This document shows positions 37,191-45,659 of a stretch of 64,000 bases of DNA, piece after piece. Origin of the DNA: Vicinamibacteria bacterium (GTDB lineage Bacteria > Acidobacteriota > Vicinamibacteria > Marinacidobacterales > Marinacidobacteraceae). The notes under the pieces were generated by a model. That model saw nothing but the letters and a program-made list of their open reading frames with translations, was not told where the DNA came from and did no database searches. The stretch is from the NCBI GenBank assembly GCA_964291235.2, contig OZ219815.1:448001-512000 (forward strand), given 5' to 3'. Numbering within the stretch: position 1 is the stretch's first letter; each line of letters starts with the position of its first letter. A program made the position numbers and the translations under genes.

Positions 37191-38758
37191 TACTCCGCCC
37201 GCATGGGGCGGTCGCGGTCGTGGTCCACGACGCAGAAGAATCCGAAGGGCTCCTCGGTCTCATTCCGCAACTGGTGGGACTCCAGAGGGCCGACGCAGGC
37301 GACATCGAGGTGCCGGAGCGGCAGGCGCCGATCTCCGAGGAGCAGGACCCCTTCCCCCCGGGCCCCGATGACGACGTGGGTATGGACGTGCTTCTCGAGG
37401 CTGGTGTGACCTCCGGGTTCCACCTCGAAGTAGCGCAGGTCCGAGCGCGTCCGTTCTCCGAACTTCCCCACCAGTTCCACCCGGCGCACTCCCCGGAAGG
37501 CGAGATCCCCGGCGTCCTTGTAGGGAGAACTGTCCCGGCCCTCCCAGTTCCAGTCCCGCCGGAAGGCGAGCCGCCGGGGCTCCGGCAGCGCAGGCTGCCG
37601 CGGGTCCGAGGGCTCGATCGACACCTCCGGGTGAACCTCTCGAATCCTCTCGAGGATCTCGCGGGTTCCCGCCTCGATTCCCTCGGGATGACCGAGCAGA
37701 GCGCCGCCGATCAGCAACACGGTGTCGGGGCCGTAGGTCTGACAGACGCGGCCGACGTCCGCCGGTCCCATTCCGCCGGCGGGGGCCGGCCACGCCGGAC
37801 CGAGCGCGCCGAGCGGCTCGCGGAGACGCTCGGTGATCTCCGCACATGCGGCTCGGGTGTAGGCGAAGCGGCCACCGGCGTCCGGAAACACCGAGATGTC
37901 GGCGCCCGCGAGCCGGAACAGGGTGCCGAGAAGGACCCCGTGGGCCACCCCGTGTTCCGGCGCGTGGGTATAGACCCCGGTCAGGGACGGATGCGCCATG
38001 AAGAGCAGCGGATAACTCTCCGCCAGGGCGCGCATCGTGTCGAGGCCGGTGATCATCGGGCAGATGAGAACTCCGGGAAGTCCGGCCTCGGCAACGAACT
38101 CGACGTAACGTTCGAGTTCGTCCGCCGGGGCGCCGGCGTGCGGGAGGTAGAGGCACCGGCCGCCGCTGGCCTGATTGCCCCGGTCCACCGCTGCCGCGCA
38201 GGCCAGGACGCGGCGCCGAAAAGACTCGAAGTCGTCCGTCAGGTTCTGGTCGTCCTTCACCAGGTCGCCGCCGCCCCGGGCGAACGCCTCCCCGATGGAC
38301 GCCAGCTCCGAAACGCTTGAGCCCTGGGGCTTGAGCGCGGTAGCCAGCAGGGGCCGTCCCAGGACCCCGCACCTCCGCCGCACTCCCTCCACGCCGTGGT
38401 TGGGGCCGGCCAGGCTATCGAGCAACGGTCGCGGCGGTTGCAGGTCCACCAGCCGCACCCGGCCGTACATCGGCGCGTTGCCGATCGCGACCGCCAGCAA
38501 TCCGAATAGATCCGAAGCGAGGTCGGCCGCGTAGCTGATGGTGACGCGGCTCGCACCCGGAACATCCGGATCGGGCGTCACCGCCTCGACCCGGCCGACG
38601 ATTTCGTCCCGGATCTTCCCGGGCGGAATGAGCGCCTCCGGGATTTCCACGGTCTGTTCGATGGCGATGAGGCGGGCCAGGTCCTCCGGCGCGGCGGCGT
38701 CCGGCCGGACCCGGTAGACGGCCGTGGCCCGATCGGAATCCGGCTGCGGGCCGACCAC
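37190..38758 (-). CDS. RuBisCO-like protein (form IV) fused to a C-terminal cupin domain
   Basis: IEQTVE, TALKPQG, GGGDLVKDDQ, AGADI...GGRF, PAGGM, LIGG; cupin LRYFEVEPGGHTSLEKHVHTHVV...HQLRN...PFGFFCVVD..RDRP. Confidence 0.88.
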   Translation of the reverse strand: MVGPQPDSDRATAVYRVRPDAAAPEDLARLIAIEQTVEIPEALIPPGKIRDEIVGRVEAVTPDPDVPGASRVTISYAADLASDLFGLLAVAIGNAPMYGRVRLVDLQPPRPLLDSLAGPNHGVEGVRRRCGVLGRPLLATALKPQGSSVSELASIGEAFARGGGDLVKDDQNLTDDFESFRRRVLACAAAVDRGNQASGGRCLYLPHAGAPADELERYVEFVAEAGLPGVLICPMITGLDTMRALAESYPLLFMAHPSLTGVYTHAPEHGVAHGVLLGTLFRLAGADISVFPDAGGRFAYTRAACAEITERLREPLGALGPAWPAPAGGMGPADVGRVCQTYGPDTVLLIGGALLGHPEGIEAGTREILERIREVHPEVSIEPSDPRQPALPEPRRLAFRRDWNWEGRDSSPYKDAGDLAFRGVRRVELVGKFGERTRSDLRYFEVEPGGHTSLEKHVHTHVVIGARGEGVLLLGDRRLPLRHLDVACVGPLESHQLRNETEEPFGFFCVVDHDRDRPMRAE

Positions 38759-38766
38759 TTCGGAAC

Positions 38767-39831
38767 TCAGCGGTGCCGCCGCGACCGGCGCGGACCGCTC
38801 TCGCCGAGTCGAAGCTCGGTGTCGGCGGTGAGATCGGGGCCGGCGATCTCACCGCGGAGGAGCGCCAGGTGGCCGGCGGCGGCGATCATGGCGGCATTGT
38901 CGGTCGAGAGGGCGATGCTCGGGTAGAACACCGGCAATCCCCGCTCCTGGCCGAGCGCCTGGAAGTTGGCGCGCAGGGCCGAGTTGGCGGCGACTCCTCC
39001 CGTCAGCAGCACCGCCTGCGCTTCGAACATGCGCAGCGCACGATCCACCGAACGCCGAAGGGCGCGGACGACCGCCGACTGAAAGCTGGCGGCCAGGTCC
39101 CGCAGGTCTTCCCGGTCGAACGGGTCTTGCTCATCAGCCAGCGGCTCGATGCCCTCCTGCTCGATGAGCCGGAGGACCTGTGTCTTGAGACCCGAGAAAC
39201 TGAAATCGAGTTTCGCCCCGTCCGAAAAGTGTGGGAGAGAAAACAGGTGACGGCGCGCATCGCCCCTTTGCGCCAGGCGGTCGAGGATCGGCCCTCCCGG
39301 ATAACCGAGCCCGAGCCGCTTGGCGAGCTTGTCGTACGCCTCGCCAGCCGCGTCGTCGCGCGTCTTGCCGAGCAGCCGATAGGAACTCTCGGCTTCAAGC
39401 AGGAAGAGGCTCGTGTGCCCTCCGGAGACCACCAGCGCGAGCGCCGGGTGGGGCACGTCCCCGCCCTCCAGATAGCAGGCGCGAATGTGGCCCTCGATGT
39501 GGTCCACGCCGACCAGGGGAATGCCGCGGGCGAAAGCGAACGCCTTGGCGAAGGAGACCCCGGCGAGCAGGGCCCCGATCAGGCCGGGGCCGTTCGTCAC
39601 CGCGACCGCCTCGACATCATCCACCTCGATACCCGCCTTCTGGAGCGCCTGCCGCACCACGGGCGAAAGGTTGAGGAGGTGTTGCCGGGAGGCAATCTCG
39701 GGGACCACCCCGCCGAAAGCGGCGTGCTGGGCGACCTGGGAGGAGACGACGTTCGAGAGGATGCGCCGGCCGTCCTCGACCACGGCGGCCGAGGTCTCGT
39801 CGCAGGAAGTCTCGATCCCGAGGATGAGCAT
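38767..39831 (-). CDS. tsaD: tRNA N6-threonylcarbamoyladenosine transferase
   Basis: ILGIETSCDET, GGVVPEIASR, HIEGH, VSGGHT, DDAAGEAYDK, GGVAAN, TDNAAMIA. Confidence 0.97.
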   Translation of the reverse strand: MLILGIETSCDETSAAVVEDGRRILSNVVSSQVAQHAAFGGVVPEIASRQHLLNLSPVVRQALQKAGIEVDDVEAVAVTNGPGLIGALLAGVSFAKAFAFARGIPLVGVDHIEGHIRACYLEGGDVPHPALALVVSGGHTSLFLLEAESSYRLLGKTRDDAAGEAYDKLAKRLGLGYPGGPILDRLAQRGDARRHLFSLPHFSDGAKLDFSFSGLKTQVLRLIEQEGIEPLADEQDPFDREDLRDLAASFQSAVVRALRRSVDRALRMFEAQAVLLTGGVAANSALRANFQALGQERGLPVFYPSIALSTDNAAMIAAAGHLALLRGEIAGPDLTADTELRLGESGPRRSRRHR

Positions 39832-39917
39832 GGGTTCAGGGGACGATGCCAAACAGCCAGTCGCGAGCGTGCTGCGTCAATGTGCAACCACACTCCGCTG
39901 GCATCGTAGATCCCGCA

Positions 39918-40625
39918 TCAAGAGTAGTGCGCTTCCTGTAACTGGAGTTGATCCGTAGCGTCGATGACATCGGGCTCGTCCCACACCTCGTCCTGCAGAA
40001 GGAACGTGTGACTGTTGGTGTGGCGGGCGTACTTGGAACGGTCGCGAACGACGCCGACCGGGATCAGGGCCGCCCGCACCACACGGTAATTCTCGTCGAA
40101 CAGCACCGCGGCAAGGATGTCGAACCCGTTGAGATCGCGGATTGGCGACAGAAGCCGAGAAGGATGGCGACCAGTGAGTCGGCGTCCCTTGATCTGGTAG
40201 CGCTTGCCATCCCTGTCTCTCGCATCGAGCGCCTTCCCGGGGTCCAATTCCCACCCGTAGGCGGCGCAGAACAGGTACTCCGCGAGATCGCCGGTCGGAT
40301 TGTTCTCCGTTCTCAGCACTCTGCGCGCGCGCAGTTCTTTCAAGGCCCCAACGTGGCAAGCGAGGAGTTCAGCAATCGACTTCTCCTTCGGGGTCGTTCG
40401 GTCTTCGCGCAGCAGCACGACGCTATCCGTCTGCGGAGTGCCTTCGGTGAGGCGGGAAAGCGCATCGGTGCGCTTCCGCAACTCCACCATGCGCTGGATC
40501 CGGTCGAACCGCTCCGTCAACGCGCGCCGAGCCTCGGCTTCCATGGAGCGGTCGTTCGCCTTGGCCTCGGCCTTCAGCGCCTGGATCACATGATCGTCCA
40601 GATTTCGAATCGTAAGGCTGCCCAT
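39918..40625 (-). CDS. FitA/Arc-like ribbon-helix-helix domain fused to a putative PD-(D/E)xK-like nuclease domain
   Basis: MGSLTIRNLDD...AKANDRSMEAEAR...TDSVVLLREDR, then SIAELL...NNPTGDLAE...DA...YQIKGRR...FD; GGAGG RBS. Confidence 0.7.
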   Translation of the reverse strand: MGSLTIRNLDDHVIQALKAEAKANDRSMEAEARRALTERFDRIQRMVELRKRTDALSRLTEGTPQTDSVVLLREDRTTPKEKSIAELLACHVGALKELRARRVLRTENNPTGDLAEYLFCAAYGWELDPGKALDARDRDGKRYQIKGRRLTGRHPSRLLSPIRDLNGFDILAAVLFDENYRVVRAALIPVGVVRDRSKYARHTNSHTFLLQDEVWDEPDVIDATDQLQLQEAHYS

Positions 40626-40673
40626 GCCAACGCCTCCACAGCGTTCTGATTGCGTGATGCTAGCACATTGCAC

Positions 40674-41726
40674 TCATCGCGCGTGCAGAGCGGCAAGACC
40701 TCCCAGCGAAACGGTGAACGGCGGGTGAGCGATGCCTCTCTCGGTGACGATTGCGGTGATGTAGCGAGCCGGGGTGACGTCGAACGCGGGATTCCAGACC
40801 GGGACCCCGTCGGGCGCCACTCGCTGACCGGCGATCGCGATGACTTCGTGCGGACTCCGTTCCTCGATGGGAATATCCGCTCCTCGGGGCGTTTCGAGGT
40901 CCACGCTCGAAAAAGGAGCCGCGACCACGAACGGCACGGCGTGCTCCTTCGCGAGGACGGCTGCCTGATACGTGCCGATCTTGTTCGCGGTATCGCCGTT
41001 CGCGGCAATGCGGTCGGCGCCCACGACCACGGCGTCCACCTCGCCGCCGGCGAGCAGGGAACCGACCATCCCGTCGGTGATCAGGGTCACGGGGATCCGG
41101 TCTGCCATGAGTTCCCACGCGGTGAGACGGGCGCCCTGAAGATACGGGCGGGTTTCGGGAGCGAACACCCGGACCGGACGGCCGGACTCCACTGCCGCCC
41201 GGACGATGCCGAGCGCCGTCCCGTAACCCGACGTCGCGAGGCTCCCCGCGTTGCAGTGGGTGAGGACTCGCGCCGGTCCCTCGCCGGGTAGCAGGCTGGC
41301 GCCGAGCGCGCCGAGGCGCCGGTTCGCCTGCAGATCCTCGGCGGCGATGCAGTCCGCCTCGTCCTCAAGGCCGCTGACGATCGCTTCGGGGGCGGCCAAG
41401 AGGAGCGATTCCAACCGGGATCGCATCCGGTCCAGGGCGTTTCGCAGGTTTACCGCCGTGGGGCGCGTGTCCAGCAGACCCGCCGCCAACCCATCGAAGA
41501 GAGCGGTATCCGGCTTGGTCCCCGAATTGCGACCGAATCCGATCACCACCGCGTAGGCAGCCGCGATCCCGATGGCCGGAGCCCCGCGAATCGCCATTTC
41601 CTCGATGGCGTCTCCCACCTGGTGCGCTTCCGCGCACTCGATCCACACCTCCTCGAACGGGAGCCGGCGCTGGTCCAGCAGGTGGAGAACCCGCCGCTCG
41701 GAATCCCACCGGAACGGACGGACCAT
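40674..41726 (-). CDS. mtnA: S-methyl-5-thioribose-1-phosphate isomerase
   Basis: LDQRRLP, IRGAPAIG, RPTAVNL, THCNAGSLAT, ETRPYLQGARLTAWE, GADRIAANGDTANKIG, NPAFDVTP. Confidence 0.95.
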   Translation of the reverse strand: MVRPFRWDSERRVLHLLDQRRLPFEEVWIECAEAHQVGDAIEEMAIRGAPAIGIAAAYAVVIGFGRNSGTKPDTALFDGLAAGLLDTRPTAVNLRNALDRMRSRLESLLLAAPEAIVSGLEDEADCIAAEDLQANRRLGALGASLLPGEGPARVLTHCNAGSLATSGYGTALGIVRAAVESGRPVRVFAPETRPYLQGARLTAWELMADRIPVTLITDGMVGSLLAGGEVDAVVVGADRIAANGDTANKIGTYQAAVLAKEHAVPFVVAAPFSSVDLETPRGADIPIEERSPHEVIAIAGQRVAPDGVPVWNPAFDVTPARYITAIVTERGIAHPPFTVSLGGLAALHAR

Positions 41727-41760
41727 GGGCGCACCGTAGCAGCGTACCGGGGTAGGGGCC

Positions 41761-41987
41761 CAGGAGCGCCGGCCTCCGGCCGGCATCGCCGAGCGAAGCG
41801 AGGCGAAACTCCCATCGCCAATCCTCCAGGATGGCGCCGCAGCCCGGCAGGGTGGCGCCGCGCCACAGCCACTCCCGGGTTGTAGGGCGTTACGCCGTCC
41901 CCGTTTGGGTGAGCGCCATCGAGGATGACCAGGTCTGGGAGTTTCGCGGCCTGCGGCCGCGATGCCGGTCTGGAGACCGGCGCTCCT
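41761..41987. repeat. Inverted pair of REP-like units (REPIN-like element)
   Basis: CAGGAGCGCCGGCCTCCGGCCGGCATCGC at 41761-41789 and GCGATGCCGGTCTGGAGACCGGCGCTCCT at 41959-41987, each with an inner hairpin and GAAACTCCC/GGGAGTTTC. Confidence 0.8.
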
Positions 41988-41999
41988 AACTGAGTCCGA

Positions 42000-42033
42000 C
42001 TGGTGCGGAACGGGATTCCCCGTTCCGCACCAG
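42000..42033 (-). terminator. 15-bp perfect stem-loop downstream of atpE (no strong U-tract)
   Basis: CTGGTGCGGAACGGG-ATTC-CCCGTTCCGCACCAG. Confidence 0.6.
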
Positions 42034-42040
42034 ATCGGGC

Positions 42041-42364
42041 TCAGCCGTTCCAGAGAACGAAGAAGATGATGAGCGCGGTAACGAAGGCGTAGATGACCAG
42101 CGACTCGATCAGCACCAGGCCGAGGAGCAGCGAGAAGCGGATCTGCGGGGCGGCGCCCGGGTTCCGGGCGAGGCTCTCGCAGGCGCCGACCACGGCGCGC
42201 CCCTGCGCGGTAGCGCCGAAGGCGGCGGCGATGGCGATCGCGCCACCCGCCGAAATCAGCGCCCACTGACTGACAACCGGATCCCAGCTTCCCTGGGCGA
42301 AAACCGGGGAAGCGGCGAGAACGCCGAAGACGGCCAGCAGGGTCGTCCGAAACTTGTTGGACAC
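42041..42364 (-). CDS. atpE: ATP synthase Fo subunit c, with N-terminal signal-like extension
   Basis: AQG...ARNP loop, LIESLVIY ion-binding Glu; AGGAGA RBS. Confidence 0.95.
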   Translation of the reverse strand: MSNKFRTTLLAVFGVLAASPVFAQGSWDPVVSQWALISAGGAIAIAAAFGATAQGRAVVGACESLARNPGAAPQIRFSLLLGLVLIESLVIYAFVTALIIFFVLWNG

Positions 42365-42381
42365 GATGATTTCTCCTTGGA

Positions 42382-43071
42382 TCAGTGCTCCTCGGCAGCG
42401 ACTGCGCCGCCGAGATAGATGACAGTGAGCATGGTGAAGACGAAGGCCTGGAGCGTGCTGCCGAAGACGCCGAAAGCCATCATCGGGACCGGCACCACAA
42501 ACGGGATCAGGAACGCGAACACCACGACGACCAGCTCTTCACCGAAGATATTTCCGAAGAGCCGGACCGAAAGCGAAAGAATGCGGCTGAGATGGCTGAT
42601 GATTTCGATCGGCAGCATCACAACCGCGAGCCAGGGACTGGGCCCGAGGAAGTGGGCAAAGTACTTCTTCGCCCCGTGAGCCCGGATTCCCTGGAAGTTG
42701 TAATAGAGGAACGCGACGATGGCGCAGCCCACCGGCATGTTGATGCTCACGGTGGGGGATGAGAAGAACGGCACCAGCCCGAACAGGTTGCTGACCAGGA
42801 TGAACAGCGCCAGCGTGCCCACCAGGCCGAGGAACGGGCGCCCCTTGGCGCCGACGTTGTCCCGGAGCAGCGAGAGCAGCCCGCCGACCACCGCTTCGAG
42901 TACCAGTTGGAGCCGTCCCGGGTTCTCCACCGAGATCCGCCGGCGGAAGAAGATCGCGAAGCCGGAGAGAACGACCGCCACGAAGATCGCCATCACCACG
43001 TGGTCCGGGGGATGGACGTGGAACACCGCCTCGATCCAGTGGGTCAGGAATGAGTAGTGGTGGATTTCCAT
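42382..43071 (-). CDS. atpB: ATP synthase Fo subunit a
   Basis: SNLFGLVP, SLSVRLFGNIFG, LQAFVFTMLT.IY. Confidence 0.96.
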   Translation of the reverse strand: MEIHHYSFLTHWIEAVFHVHPPDHVVMAIFVAVVLSGFAIFFRRRISVENPGRLQLVLEAVVGGLLSLLRDNVGAKGRPFLGLVGTLALFILVSNLFGLVPFFSSPTVSINMPVGCAIVAFLYYNFQGIRAHGAKKYFAHFLGPSPWLAVVMLPIEIISHLSRILSLSVRLFGNIFGEELVVVVFAFLIPFVVPVPMMAFGVFGSTLQAFVFTMLTVIYLGGAVAAEEH

Positions 43072-43095
43072 GGGGCGGTATTGGAGGACGAACGG

Positions 43096-43545
43096 TCAGG
43101 CGCCGGGTGTGGGGTTCTCCCTGTCCGCCGCATCATCCGGGGGAGGAGGGGCCTGCGGTGTACGAAGGGCCGTGAAGCCCCCGTTTCGCAGTTCCAGCAG
43201 GACGGCCAGGTTCGGCGCGCCCAACCCGCACACGACGCCGATCACGTCGGCGTTCCAGACGGCAATTATCGCAACCAGGACGCCGCCGAGCAAGAGATAA
43301 CGAACACCGGTGAGTCCGGCGAGTGCAATCGCCGAACGAGCGGACTGGACGGCGCCGAGACCCCCGACGACTCGTCGCAGGACCAGGATGTTGACAACCG
43401 ACACCGCCGCGCCCGCCACTACGGAAAGCCCGATCCGCGGACCGAGACTGAGCCCGAGCAAACCAGCGGCGGCCGCGAGCGCCAGCGCGCGGCGGGTCAG
43501 CCGAACTTCCCGGCTGCCTGCCGCCGGCTGGTCGTTGTTCGTCAT
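43096..43545 (-). CDS. atpI: ATP synthase subunit I-like membrane protein
   Basis: About four TM helices, position directly upstream of atpB. Confidence 0.65.
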   Translation of the reverse strand: MTNNDQPAAGSREVRLTRRALALAAAAGLLGLSLGPRIGLSVVAGAAVSVVNILVLRRVVGGLGAVQSARSAIALAGLTGVRYLLLGGVLVAIIAVWNADVIGVVCGLGAPNLAVLLELRNGGFTALRTPQAPPPPDDAADRENPTPGA

Positions 43546-43799
43546 GCGTCCTCTTCCCCCGAATTGTCAGGCGGCGGGTCGGTCCCCGCCACCGACGAAG
43601 CGGCGCGGACCACGTTGCGGAGGCCGGCCACGATCCCGAAGCCCAGGAACACCAGGAAAAGCCAGGGCGCCGTCCCGAGCCAGCGATCGAACAACCAACC
43701 CGCCCCGGCGCCGATCACGATGGCCAGGGGCACCGAGAAGCCGAGGCTCAGCAGCGTCAGCATCCGGGCGCGCGGCGCAACCGGCGGCTCCGCGGTCAC
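43542..43799 (-). CDS. AtpZ/AtpI (ATPase gene 1) family protein
   Basis: GAGAGWLFDRWLGTAPW...GIVAGLRNV signature. Confidence 0.85.
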   Translation of the reverse strand: MTAEPPVAPRARMLTLLSLGFSVPLAIVIGAGAGWLFDRWLGTAPWLFLVFLGFGIVAGLRNVVRAASSVAGTDPPPDNSGEEDA

Positions 43800-43841
43800 C
43801 GGCGGAGTTCTCCCGCCACCAGGAACCGGAAAGGCGCCGTC

Positions 43842-45440
43842 TCAGTCGTCGCTCGGAACGGGGGACGCTTCGTCGAGGCCGCTCTCGCGTTCCAGCACCT
43901 CGGCCGGCAGCAACGGCGCCTCGGCCGTCTGGGCGCTCTCGGGCGAGACGCGCTCCACGATGGCGGCCACCGGAACCGCGAGTTTCTCGAGGAACGGCTT
44001 GGGATAGACGCCGATGAAGATGCAGAGCACGACGATCGGAAGGAGGGTCGCGTTCTCGCGGCTCGTCAAGTCGGCGAGCGAGCGGTTCTCTTCCTTGTCC
44101 AGCTTGCCGAACATGATCCGCTGGTAGAGCCAGAGGAGGTAGGCGGCGCCGAGGACGATGCCGGAGACGGCGAACGCGGCGTACACCCAATCCACCTGGA
44201 AGATGCCCTGGAGGATCAGGAACTCGCCGATGAAGCCGTTGAGCATGGGAAGGCCCATGGAGGCGAGCGCGATGATCAGGAAGAGCGCTGCGTACTTCGG
44301 AACCACCTTCGCGATTCCGCCGTAGGCCGCGATCTCCCGGGTGTGCCGCTGCTCGTACATGATGCCGACCAGCAGGAAGAGTCCCCCGGTGGAGAGCCCG
44401 TGGTTGATCATCTGGAGGATGCCGCCCTCGAGGCCCAGGGTGTTCAGCGCGAACACGCCGAGCATCACGAACCCCAGGTGGCTCACCGAGCTGTAGGCGA
44501 CGAGACTCTTCCAGTCCTTCTGGACCAATGCCACGAGGGCTCCGTAGATGATCCCGATGATGGCGAGCGTCGCCACCCACCAGACTGCTTCGCGGCTGGC
44601 CTCCGGCAGGAGCGGAATCGAGAAACGGACGAACCCGTAGGTCCCCATCTTCAGGAGCACGCCGGCCAGGATGACCGAGCCTGCCGTCGGCGCCTCGACG
44701 TGGGCGTCCGGCAGCCAGGTATGGAAGGGGAACATCGGGACCTTGATGGCGAACCCGACGAAGAAGGCGAGGAACACCCAGAACTGGAGACCCGAGGCGT
44801 AGGAGGTCTCCATCAGCCGGAGCAGGTCGAAGGTGTATTCGCCGGTCACCCCGAAGTGCGCAAAGTAGAGCGCCAGGATGCCGAGCAGCATCAGGACGCT
44901 GCCCACCAGCGTGTAGAGGAAGAACTTGATGGCCGCGTAGAGCTTCCTCGGCCCGCCCCAGACCCCGATCAGGAAGTACATCGGGACCAGCATCACTTCC
45001 CAGAACACGTAGAACAGGAAGAAGTCGAGCGAAACGAAGACGCCGAGCATTCCCGTCTGGAGCAGCAGCAGGAAGATGTAGTACTGCTTGATGCGCTCCG
45101 TGACGCCCTTCCAGGAGGAAAGAATCGCGATGAAGCCGAGCAGCGTGGTCATCAGGACCAGCAGCAGGCTGATCCCGTCGAGTCCGAGGTTGTATTCGAC
45201 CCCGATGCTCGGGATCCACTCGTAGCGTTCCCCGAACTGGAACTGGGGTCCGGCGGCGTCGAAGGCGAACCAGAGCGGTAGCGAGATCAGGAATCCGATG
45301 AACGCCGCGCCGTTGGCGAGCCAGCGGATGCGGTTCTCTTCGGTCTTCTTGACGAAGAAGAGGATGAAGAGCGCCGCAATCGCCGGAAAGAAGACCACCA
45401 GCGAGAGGATCGGGAAGTTGAAGGGGTTGTTCTCGAACAT
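43842..45440 (-). CDS. nuoM: NADH-quinone oxidoreductase subunit M
   Basis: GLDGISL, FYVFWEVMLVPMY, IKVPMFPFHTWLPDAHVEAPT, LKMGTYG, YSSVSHLG, NHG. Confidence 0.95.
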   Translation of the reverse strand: MFENNPFNFPILSLVVFFPAIAALFILFFVKKTEENRIRWLANGAAFIGFLISLPLWFAFDAAGPQFQFGERYEWIPSIGVEYNLGLDGISLLLVLMTTLLGFIAILSSWKGVTERIKQYYIFLLLLQTGMLGVFVSLDFFLFYVFWEVMLVPMYFLIGVWGGPRKLYAAIKFFLYTLVGSVLMLLGILALYFAHFGVTGEYTFDLLRLMETSYASGLQFWVFLAFFVGFAIKVPMFPFHTWLPDAHVEAPTAGSVILAGVLLKMGTYGFVRFSIPLLPEASREAVWWVATLAIIGIIYGALVALVQKDWKSLVAYSSVSHLGFVMLGVFALNTLGLEGGILQMINHGLSTGGLFLLVGIMYEQRHTREIAAYGGIAKVVPKYAALFLIIALASMGLPMLNGFIGEFLILQGIFQVDWVYAAFAVSGIVLGAAYLLWLYQRIMFGKLDKEENRSLADLTSRENATLLPIVVLCIFIGVYPKPFLEKLAVPVAAIVERVSPESAQTAEAPLLPAEVLERESGLDEASPVPSDD

Positions 45441-45473
45441 TCGGCTTATCCGGAGCTAGTCGCGCAGTTCGGC

Positions 45474-45659
45474 TTAGCAGCCTGTGGTGAAACCGCGTGA
45501 GCGCCGAGAGCGGCGAGGCGCCCGGCTGACAAGGCGCGCGAGGGAGGAATACCGGGTGTATTTCGACCGAAACGCAACGCAGAACGAAGCGCAGCGGAGT
45601 GGTTCAGGCGGGATGCATCGCCGCTCGAACGCCGCGGGGGTTTTGCCACAGGCTGTTAA
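45474..45659. mobile_element. MITE-like element copy 2 (longest), between nuoL and nuoM
   Basis: TTAG-CAGCCTGTGG...CCACAGGCTG-TTAA; ends homologous to 30736-30856 in opposite orientation. Confidence 0.8.

Noticed and set aside
37190-38758. CO2-fixing RuBisCO
   Set aside because: KDDQ instead of KDDE, form IV-type motifs, no small subunit or phosphoribulokinase nearby
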